64,000 bases of DNA from Auanema rhodensis (taxonomy: Eukaryota > Animalia > Nematoda): the NCBI GenBank assembly GCA_964057225.1, contig OZ059898.1:16492001-16556000 (forward strand). Reading direction: 5' to 3'. The position numbers and the translations under genes were made by a program. A model generated the notes under the pieces. The model made no database searches, was not told the DNA's origin, and saw nothing but the letters and a program-made list of their open reading frames with translations. Of the stretch, positions 52,301 through 64,000 are shown one piece after another. How positions within the stretch are numbered: the stretch's first letter is position 1; the number at the start of each line of letters is the position of its first letter.

Positions 52301-55300
52301 ATTAGCATAAATTAAAGTTCACGTAAATTTCAAAGTCATGGTTACCATGAACCAATATCAATAAAAATTTGTTTTTAGACTAATATGGACATGGGGAATC
52401 TAATTTTGAAAACCGCATCTCTTTATCTTTCACGTGAAGCGAGTTACATACCAAGTGCACATCACGTGTACATTTAATTAGCATAAATTAAAGTTCACTT
52501 AAATTTCAAAGTCATGGTTACCATGAACCAATATCAATAAAAATTTGTTTTTAGACTAATATGGACATGGGGAATCTAATTTTGAAAACCGCATCTCTTT
52601 ATCTCTCACGTGAAGCGAGTTACATACCGAGTGCACATCACGTGTACATTTAATTAGCATAAATTAAAGTTCACGTAAATTTCAAAGTCATGGTTACCAT
52701 GAACCAATATCAATAAAAATTTGTTTTTAGACTAATATGGACATGGGGAATCTAATTTTGAAAACCGCATCTCTTTATCTTTCACGTGAAGCGAGTTACA
52801 TACCAAGTGCACATCACGTGTACATTTAATTAGCATAAATTAAAGTTCACGTAAATTTCAAAGTCATGGTTACCATGAACCAATATCAATAAAAATTTGT
52901 TTTTAGACTAATATGGACATGGGGAATCTAATTGTGAAAACCGCATCTCTTTATCTTTCACGTGAAGCGAGTTACATACCAAGTGCACATCACGTGTACA
53001 TTTAATTAGCATAAATTAAAGTTCACGTAAATTTCAAAGTCATGGTTACCATGAACCAATATCAATAAAAATTTGTTTTTAGACTAATATGGACATGGGG
53101 AATCTAATTGTGAAAACCGCATCTCTTTATCTTTCACGTGAAGCGAGTTACATACCAAGTGCACATCACGTGTACATTTAATTAGCATAAATTAAAGTTC
53201 ACGTAAATTTCAAAGTCATGGTTACCATGAATCAATATCAATAAAAATTTGTTTTTAGACTAATATGGACATGGGGAATCTAATTTTGAAAACCGCATCT
53301 CTTTATCTTTCACGTGAAGCGAGTTACATACCAAGTGCACATCACGTGTACATTTAATTAGCATAAATTAAAGTTCACGTAAATTTCAAAGTCATGGTTA
53401 CCATGAACCAATATCAATAAAAATTTGTTTTTAGACTAATATGGACATGGGGAATCTAATTTTGAAAACCGCATCTCTTTATCTTTCACGTGAAGCGAGT
53501 TACATACCAAGTGCACATCACGTGTACATTTAATTAGCATAAATTAAAGTTCACGTAAATTTCAAAGACATGGTTACCATGAACCAATATCAATAAAAAT
53601 TTGTTTTTAGACTAATATGGACATGGGGAATCTAATTGTGAAAACCGCATCTCTTTATCTTTCACGTGAAGCGAGTTACATACCAAGTGCACATCACGTG
53701 TACATTTAATTAGCATAAATTAAAGTTCACGTAAATTTCAAAGTCATGGTTACCATGAACCAATATCAATAAAAATTTGTTTTTAGACTAATATGGACAT
53801 GGGGAATCTAATTGTGAAAACCGCATCTCTTTATCTTTCACGTGAAGCGAGTTACATACCAAGTGCACATCACGTGTACATTTAATTAGCATAAATTAAA
53901 GTTCACGTAAATTTCAAAGTCATGGTTACCATGAACCAATATCAATAAAAATTTGTTTTTAGACTAATATGGACATGGGGAATCTAATTTTGAAAACCGC
54001 ATCTCTTTATCTTTCACGTGAAGCGAGTTACATACCAAGTGCACATCACGTGTACATTTAATTAGCATAACTTAAAGTTCACTTAAATTTCAAAGTCATG
54101 GTTACCATGAACCAATATCAATAAAAATTTGTTTTTAGACTAATATGGACATGGGGAATCTAATTTTGAAAACCGCATCTCTTTATCTCTCACGTGAAGC
54201 GAGTTACATACCGAGTGCACATCACGTGTACATTTAATTAGCATAAATTAAAGTTCACGTAAATTTCAAAGTCATGGTTACCATGAACCAATATCAATAA
54301 AAATTTGTTTTTAGACTAATATGGACATGGGGAATCTAATTGTGAAAACCGCATCTCTTTATCTTTCACGTGAAGCGAGTTACATACCAAGTGCACATCA
54401 CGTGTACATTTAATTAGCATAAATTAAAGTTCACGTAAATTTCAAAGTCATGGTTACCATGAACCAATATCAATAAAAATTTGTTTTTAGACTAATATGG
54501 ACATGGAGAATCTAATTGTGAAAACCGCATCTCTTTATCTTTCACGTGAAGCGAGTTACATACCAAGTGCACATCACGTGTACATTTAATTAGCATAAAT
54601 TAAAGTTCACGTAAATTTCAAAGTCATGGTTACCATGAACCAATATCAATAAAAATTTGTTTTTAGACTAATATGGACATGGGGAATCTAATTGTGAAAA
54701 CCGCATCTCTTTATCTTTCACGTGAAGCGAGTTACATACCAAGTGCACATCACGTGTACATTTAATTAGCATAAATTAAAGTTCACGTAAATTTCAAAGT
54801 CATGGTTACCATAAACCAATATCAATAAAAATTTGTTTTTAGACTAATATGGACATGGGGAATCTAATTTTGAAAACCGCATCTCTTTATCTTTCACGTG
54901 AAGCGAGTTACATACCAAGTGCACATCACGTGTACATTTAATTAGCATAAATTAAAGTTCACTTAAATTTCAAAGTCATGGTTACCATGAACCAATATCA
55001 ATAAAAATTTGTTTTTAGACTAATATGGACATGGGGAATCTAATTTTGAAAACCGCATCTCTTTTTCTCTCACGTGAAGCGAGTTACATACCGAGTGCAC
55101 ATCACGTGTACATTTAATTAGCATAAATTAAAGTTCACGTAAATTTCAAAGTCATGGTTACCATGAACCAATATCAATAAAAATTTGTTTTTAGACTAAT
55201 ATGGACATGGGGAATCTAATTTTGAAAACCGCATCTCTTTATCTTTCACGTGAAGCGAGTTACATACCAAGTGCACATCACGTGTACATTTAATTAGCAT

Positions 55301-58300
55301 AAATTAAAGTTCACTTAAATTTCAAAGTCATGGTTACCATGAACCAATATCAATAAAAATTTGTTTTTAGACTAATATGGACATGGGGAATCTAATTTTG
55401 AAAACCGCATCTCTTTATCTCTCACGTGAAGCGAGTTACATACCGAGTGCACATCACGTGTACATTTAATTAGCATAAATTAAAGTTCACGTAAATTTCA
55501 AAGTCATGGTTACCATGAACCAATATCAATAAAAATTTGTTTTTAGACTAATATGGACATGGGGAATCTAATTTTGAAAACCGCATCTCTTTATCTTTCA
55601 CGTGAAGCGAGTTACATATCAAGTGCACATCACGTGTACATTTAATTAGCATAAATTAAAGTTCACGTAAATTTCAAAGTCATGGTTACCATGAACCAAT
55701 ATCAATAAAAATTTGTTTTTAGACTAATATGGACATGGGGAATCTAATTGTGAAAACCGCATCTCTTTATCTTTCACGTGAAGCGAGTTACATACCAAGT
55801 GCACATCACGTGTACATTTAATTAGCATAAATTAAAGTTCACGTAAATTTCAAAGTCATGGTTACCATGAACCAATATCAATAAAAATTTGTTTTTAGAC
55901 TAATATGGACATGGGGAATCTAATTGTGAAAACCGCATCTCTTTATCTTTCACGTGAAGCGAGTTACATACCAAGTGCACATCACGTGTACATTTAATTA
56001 GCATAAATTAAAGTTCACGTAAATTTCAAAGTCATGGTTACCATGAATCAATATCAATAAAAATTTGTTTTTAGACTAATATGGACATGGGGAATCTAAT
56101 TGTGAAAACCGCATCTCTTTATCTTTCACGTGAAGCGAGTTACATACCAAGTGCACATCACGTGTACATTTAATTAGCATAAATTAAAGTTCACGTAAAT
56201 TTCAAAGTCATGGTTACCATGAATCAATATCAATAAAAATTTGTTTTTAGACTAATATGGACATGGGGAATCTAATTTTGAAAACCGCATCTCTTTATCT
56301 TTCACGTGAAGCGAGTTACATACCAAGTGCACATCACGTGTACATTTAATTAGCATAAATTAAAGTTCACGTAAATTTCAAAGTCATGGTTACCATGAAC
56401 CAATATCAATAAAAATTTGTTTTTAGACTAATATGGACATGGGGAATCTAATTTTGAAAACCGCATCTCTTTATCTTTCACGTGAAGCGAGTTACATACC
56501 AAGTGCACATCACGTGTACATTTAATTAGCATAAATTAAAGTTCACTTAAATTTCAAAGTCATGGTTACCATGAACCAATATCAATAAAAATTTGTTTTT
56601 AGACTAATATGGACATGGGGAATCTAATTTTGAAAACCGCATCTCTTTATCTCTCACGTGAAGCGAGTTACATACCGAGTGCACATCACGTGTACATTTA
56701 ATTAGCATAAATTAAAGTTCACGTAAATTTCAAAGTCATGGTTACCATGAACCAATATCAATAAAAATTTGTTTTTAGACTAATATGGACATGGGGAATC
56801 TAATTTTGAAAACCGCATCTCTTTATCTTTCACGTGAAGCGAGTTACATACCAAGTGCACATCACGTGTACATTTAATTAGCATAAATTAAAGTTCACGT
56901 AAATTTCAAAGTCATGGTTACCATGAACCAATATCAATAAAAATTTGTTTTTAGACTAATATGGACATGGGGAATCTAATTTTGAAAACCGCATCTCTTT
57001 ATCTCTCACGTGAAGCGAGTTAGATACCGAGTGCACATCACGTGTACATTTAATTAGCATAAATTAAAGTTCACGTAAATTTCAAAGTCATGGTTACCAT
57101 GAACCAATATCAATAAAAATTTGTTTTTAGACTAATATGGACATGGGGAATCTAATTTTGAAAACCGCATCTCTTTATCTTTCACGTGAAGCGAGTTACA
57201 TACCAAGTGCACATCACGTGTACATTTAATTAGCATAAATTAAAGTTCACGTAAATTTCAAAGACATGGTTACCATGAACCAATATCAATAAAAATTTGT
57301 TTTTAGACTAATATGGACATGGGAAATCTAATTTTGAAAACTGCATCTCTTTATCTTTCACGTGAAGCGAGTTACATACCGAGTGCACATCCCGTGTACA
57401 TTTAATTAGCATAAATTAAAGTTCACGTAAATTTCAAAGTCATGGTTACCATGCACCAATATCAATAAAAATTTGTTTTTAGACTAATATGGACATGGGG
57501 AATCAAATTGTGAAAACCGCATCTCTTTATCTTTCACGTGAAGCGAGTTACATACCAAGTGCACATCACGTGTACATTTAATTAGCATAAATTAAAGTTC
57601 ACTTAAATTTCAAAGTCATGGTTACCATGAACCAATATCAATAAAAATTTGTTTTTAGACTAATATGGACATGGGGAATCTAATTTTGAAAACCGCATCT
57701 CTTTATCTCTCACGTGAAGCGAGTTACATACCGAGTGCACATCACGCGTACATTTAATTAGCATAAATTAAAGTTCACGTAAATTTCAAAGTCATGGTTA
57801 CCATGAACCAATATCAATAAAAATTTGTTTTTAGACTAATATGGACATGGGTAATCTAATTTTGAAAACCGCATCTCTTTATCTCTCACGTGAAGCGAGT
57901 TACATACCGAGTGCACATCACGTGTACATTTAATTAGCATAAATTAAAGTTCACGTAAATTTCAAAGTCATGGTTACCATGAACCAATATCAATAAAAAT
58001 TTGTTTTTAGACTAATATGGACATGGGGAATCTAATTTTGAAAACCGCATCTCTTTATCTCTCACGTGAAGCGAGTTACATACCGAGTGCACATCACGCG
58101 TACATTTAATTAGCATAAATTAAAGTTCACGTAAATTTCAAAGTCATGGTTACCATGAACCAATATCAATAAAAATTTGTTTTTAGACTAATATGGACAT
58201 GGGTAATCTAATTTTGAAAACCGCATCTCTTTATCTCTCACGTGAAGCGAGTTACATACCGAGTGCACATCACGTGTACATTTAATTAGCATAAATTAAA

Positions 58301-61300
58301 GTTCACGTAAATTTCAAAGTCATGGTTACCATGAACCAATATCAATAAAAATTTGTTTTTAGACTAATATGGACATGGGGAATCTAATTTTTAAATACAT
58401 AAATTGAAGTTCACGTAAATTTCAAAGTCATGGTTACCATGAACCAATATCAATAAAAATTTGTTTTTAGACTAATATGGACATGGGGAATCTAATTTTG
58501 AAAACCGCATCTCTTTATCTTTCACGTGAAGCGAGTTACATACCAAGTGCACATCACGTGTACATTTAATTAGCATAAATTAAAGTTCACTTAAATTTCA
58601 AAGTCATGGTTACCATGAACCAATATCAATAAAAATTTGTTTTTAGACTAATATGGACATGGGGAATCTAATTTTGAAAACCGCATCTCTTTATCTCTCA
58701 CGTGAAGCGAGTTACATACCGAGTGCACATCACGTGTACATTTAATTAGCATAAATTAAAGTTCACGTAAATTTCAAAGTCATGGTTACCATGAACCAAT
58801 ATCAATAAAAATTTGTTTTTAGACTAATATGGACATGGGGAATCTAATTTTGAAAACCGCATCTCTTTATCTCTCACGTGAAGCGAGTTACATACCGAGT
58901 GCACATCACGTGTACATTTAATTAGCATAAATTAAAGTTCACGTAAATTTCAAAGTCATGGTTACCATGAACCAATATCAATAAAAATTTGTTTTTAGAC
59001 TAATATGGACATGGGTAATCTAATTTTGAAAACCGCATCTCTTTATCTCTCACGTGAAGCGAGTTACATACCGAGTGCACATCACGTGTACATTTAATTA
59101 GCATAAATTAAAGTTCACGTAAATTTCAAAGTCATGGTTACCATGAACCAATATCAATAAAAATTTGTTTTTAGACTAATATGGACATGGGGAATCTAAT
59201 TTTGAAAACCGCATCTCTTTATCTTTCACGTGAAGCGAGTTACATACCAAGTGCACATCACGTGTACATTTAATTAGCATAAATTAAAGTTCACGTAAAT
59301 TTCAAAGTCATGGTTACCATGAACCAATATCAATAAAAATTTGTTTTTAGACTAATATGGACATGGGGAATCTAATTTTGAAAACCGCATCTCTTTATCT
59401 CTCACGTGAAGCGAGTTAGATACCGAGTGCACATCACGTGTACATTTAATTAGCATAAATTAAAGTTCACGTAAATTTCAAAGTCATGGTTACCATGAAC
59501 CAATATCAATAAAAATTTGTTTTTAGACTAATATGGACATGGGGAATCTAATTTTGAAAACCGCATCTCTTTATCTTTCACGTGAAGCGAGTTACATACC
59601 AAGTGCACATCACGTGTACATTTAATTAGCATAACTTAAAGTTCACGTAAATTTCAAAGTCATGGTTACCATGCACCAATATCAATAAAAATTTGTTTTT
59701 AGACTAATATGGACATGGGGAATCTAATTTTGAAAACCGCATCTCTTTATCTTTCACGTGAAGCGAGTTACATACCAAGTGCACATCACGTGTACATTTA
59801 ATTAGCATAAATTGAAGTTCACGTAAATTTCAAAGTCATGGTTACCATGAACCAATATCAATAAAAATTTGTTTTTAGACTAATATGGACATGGGGAATC
59901 TAATTGTGAAAACCGCATCTCTTTATCTTTCACGTGAAGCGAGTTACATACCAAGTGCACATCACGTGTACATTTAATTAGCATAAATTAAAGTTCACGT
60001 AAATTTCAAAGTCATGGTTACCATGAACCAATATCAATAAAAATTTGTTTTTAGACTAATATGGACATGGGGAATCTAATTTTGAAAACCGCATCTCTTT
60101 ATCTTTCACGTGAAGCGAGTTACATACCAAGTGCACATCACGTGTACATTTAATTAGCATAAATTAAAGTTCACGTAAATTTCAAAGACATGGTTACCAT
60201 GAACCAATATCAATAAAAATTTGTTTTTAGACTAATATGGACATGGGAAATCTAATTTTGAAAACTGCATCTCTTTATCTTTCACGTGAAGCGAGTTACA
60301 TACCGAGTGCACATCCCGTGTACATTTAATTAGCATAAATTAAAGTTCACGTAAATTTCAAAGTCATGGTTACCATGAACCAATATCAATAAAAATTTGT
60401 TTTTAGACTAATATGGACATGGGAAATCTAATTTTGAAAACCGCATCTCTTTATCTTTCACGTGAAGCGAGTTACATACCAAGTGCACATCACGTGTACA
60501 TTTAATTAGCATAAATTAAAGTTCACGTAAATTTCAAAGTCATGGTTACCATGAACCAATATCAATAAAAATTTGTTTTTAGACTAGGATGGACATGGGG
60601 AATCTAATTTTGAAAACCGCATCTCTTTATCTTTCACGTGAAGCGAGTTACATACCAAGTGCACATCACGTGTACATTTAATTAGCATAAATTAAAGTTC
60701 ACGTAAATTTCAAAGTCATGGTTACCATGAACCAATATCAATAAAAATTTGTTTTTAGACTAATATGGACATGGGGAATCTAATTTTGAAAACCGCATCT
60801 CTTTATCTTTCACGTGAAGCGAGTTACATACCAAGTGCACATCACGTGTACATTTAATTAGCATAAATTAAAGTTCACGTAAATTTCAAAGTCATGGTTA
60901 CCATGAACCAATATCAATAAAAATTTGTTTTTAGACTAATATGGACATGGGGAATCTAATTTTGAAAACCGCATCTCTTTATCTTTCACGTGAAGCGAGT
61001 TACATACCAAGTGCACATCACGTGTACATTTAATTAGCATAAATTAAAGTTCACGTAAATTTCAAAGTCATGGTTACCATGAACCAATATCAATAAAAAT
61101 TTGTTTTTAGACTAATATGGACATGGGGAATCTAATTTTGAAAACCGCATCTCTTTATCTTTCACGTGAAGCGAGTTACATACCAAGTGCACATCACGTG
61201 TACATTTAATTAGCATAAATTAAAGTTCACGTAAATTTCAAAGTCATGGTTACCATGAACCAATATCAATAAAAATTTGTTTTTAGACTAGGATGGACAT

Positions 61301-64000
61301 GGGGAATCTAATTTTGGAAACCGCATCTCTTTATCTTTCACGTGAAGCGAGTTACATACCAAGTGCACATCACGTGTACATTTAATTAGCATAAATTAAA
61401 GTTCACGTAAATTTCAAAGTCATGGTTACCATGAACCAATATCAATAAAAATTTGTTTTTAGACTAATATGGACATGGGGAATCTAATTTTGAAAACCGC
61501 ATCTCTTTATCTTTCACGTGAAGCGAGTTACATACCAAGTGCACATCACGTGTACATTTAATTAGCATAAATTAAAGTTCACGTAAATTTCAAAGTCATG
61601 GTTACCATGAACCAATATCAATAAAAATTTGTTTTTAGACTAATATGGACATGGGGAATCTAATTTTGAAAACCGCATCTCTTTATCTTTCACGTGAAGC
61701 GAGTTACATACCAAGTGCACATCACGTGTACATTTAATTAGCATAAATTAAAGTTCACGTAAATTTCAAAGTCATGGTTACCATGAACCAATATCAATAA
61801 AAATTTGTTTTTAGACTAGGATGGACATGGGGAATCTAATTTTGAAAACCGCATCTCTTTATCTTTCACGTGAAGCGAGTTACATACCAAGTGCACATCA
61901 CGTGTACATTTAATTAGCATAAATTAAAGTTCACGTAAATTTCAAAGTCATGGTTACCATGAACCAATATCAATAAAAATTTGTTTTTAGACTAATATGG
62001 ACATGGGGAATCTAATTTTGAAAACCGCATCTCTTTATCTTTCACGTGAAGCGAGTTACATACCAAGTGCACATCACGTGTACATTTAATTAGCATAAAT
62101 TAAAGTTCACGTAAATTTCAAAGTCATGGTTACCATGAACCAATATCAATAAAAATTTGTTTTTAGACTAATATGGACATGGGGAATCTAATTTTGAAAA
62201 CCGCATCTCTTTATCTCTCACGTGAAGCGAGTTAGATACCGAGTGCACATCACGTGTACATTTAATTAGCATAAATTAAAGTTCACGTAAATTTCAAAGT
62301 CATGGTTACCATGAACCAATATCAATAAAAATTTGTTTTTAGACTAATATGGACATGGGGAATCTAATTTTGAAAACCGCATCTCTTTATCTTTCACGTG
62401 AAGCGAGTTACATACCAAGTGCACATCACGTGTACATTTAATTAGCATAAATTAAAGTTCACGTAAATTTCAAAGACATGGTTACCATGAACCAATATCA
62501 ATAAAAATTTGTTTTTAGACTAATATGGACATGGGAAATCTAATTTTGAAAACTGCATCTCTTTATCTTTCACGTGAAGCGAGTTACATACCGAGTGCAC
62601 ATCCCGTGTACATTTAATTAGCATAAATTAAAGTTCACGTAAATTTCAAAGTCATGGTTACCATGAACCAATATCAATAAAAATTTGTTTTTAGACTAAT
62701 ATGGACATGGGGAATCTAATTTTGAAAACCGCATCTCTTTATCTTTCACGTGAAGCGAGTTACATACCAAGTGCACATCACGTGTACATTTAATTAGCAT
62801 AAATTAAAGTTCACGTAAATTTCAAAGACATGGTTACCATGAACCAATATCAATAAAAATTTGTTTTTAGACTAATATGGACATGGGGAATCTAATTGTG
62901 AAAACCGCATCTCTTTATCTTTCACGTGAAGCGAGTTACATACCAAGTGCACATCACGTGTACATTTAATTAGCATAAATTAAAGTTCACGTAAATTTCA
63001 AAGTCATGGTTACCATGAACCAATATCAATAAAAATTTGTTTTTAGACTAATATGGACATGGGGAATCTAATTGTGAAAACCGCATCTCTTTATCTTTCA
63101 CGTGAAGCGAGTTACATACCAAGTGCACATCACGTGTACATTTAATTAGCATAAATTAAAGTTCACGTAAATTTCAAAGTCATGGTTACCATGAACCAAT
63201 ATCAATAAAAATTTGTTTTTAGACTAATATGGACATGGGGAATCTAATTTTGAAAACCGCATCTCTTTATCTTTCACGTGAAGCGAGTTACATACCAAGT
63301 GCACATCACGTGTACATTTAATTAGCATAACTTAAAGTTCACTTAAATTTCAAAGTCATGGTTACCATGAACCAATATCAATAAAAATTTGTTTTTAGAC
63401 TAATATGGACATGGGGAATCTAATTTTGAAAACCGCATCTCTTTATCTCTCACGTGAAGCGAGTTACATACCGAGTGCACATCACGTGTACATTTAATTA
63501 GCATAAATTAAAGTTCACGTAAATTTCAAAGTCATGGTTACCATGAACCAATATCAATAAAAATTTGTTTTTAGACTAATATGGACATGGGGAATCTAAT
63601 TTTGAAAACCGCATCTCTTTATCTTTCACGTGAAGCGAGTTACATACCAAGTGCACATCACGTGTACATTTAATTAGCATAAATTAAAGTTCACGTAAAT
63701 TTCAAAGTCATGGTTACCATGTACCAATATCAATAAAAATTTGTTTTTAGACTAATATGGACATGGGGAATCTAATTTTGAAAACAGCATCTCTTTATCT
63801 TTCACGTGAAGCGAGTTACATACCAAGTGCACATCACGTGTACATTTAATTAGCATAAATTAAAGTTCACGTAAATTTCAAAGTCATGGTTACCATGAAC
63901 CAATAGCAATAAAAATTTGTTTTTAGACTAATATGGACATGGGGAATCTAATTTTGAAAACCGCATCTCTTCATCTTTCACGTGAAGCGAGTCACATACC
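37321..64000. repeat. 176-bp tandem satellite array, right arm (~152 monomers, runs off the window)
   Basis: Same monomer and orientation; gcacatcacg recurs every 2640 bp (37321, 39961 ... 55801). One 108-bp truncated monomer at 58381-58488. Confidence 0.99.

Noticed and set aside
10856-64000. CRISPR array or coding repeat
   Set aside because: Units are contiguous near-identical 176-mers with no unique spacers and no ORFs; the context is eukaryotic.

Overview
AT-rich eukaryotic DNA, almost certainly from a nematode (40-55 nt GT-AG introns, TTTTCAG acceptors, a retroelement primer site matching nematode tRNA-Pro). The first ~10 kb is gene-bearing: a 6-exon LHFPL6-like tetraspan gene (433-1336), an 11-exon TTD14-like P-loop/CYTH gene (5963-7616, possibly with upstream exons), and a decayed minus-strand gene-like tract. 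From 10856 to the window end is a very homogeneous 176-bp satellite array (~264 monomers, only two indels, several higher-order duplications). It is interrupted by one young Cer1-like Ty3/gypsy LTR retrotransposon (30611-37320, minus strand, LTRs identical by eye, GCACA target duplication, tRNA-Pro PBS). The element's single ORF has lost most of the integrase core in frame and ends in an extra ~340-aa alpha/beta domain (CERV-like candidate). Between the genes and the satellite is a 27-bp degenerate palindrome centred on GGCT-c-AGCC (10162-10188), which has the architecture and position expected of a programmed-DNA-elimination break/telomere-addition site. It is followed by a single 351-bp repeat-like unit fused directly to the satellite. 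The elimination-boundary reading is inference and needs read data.
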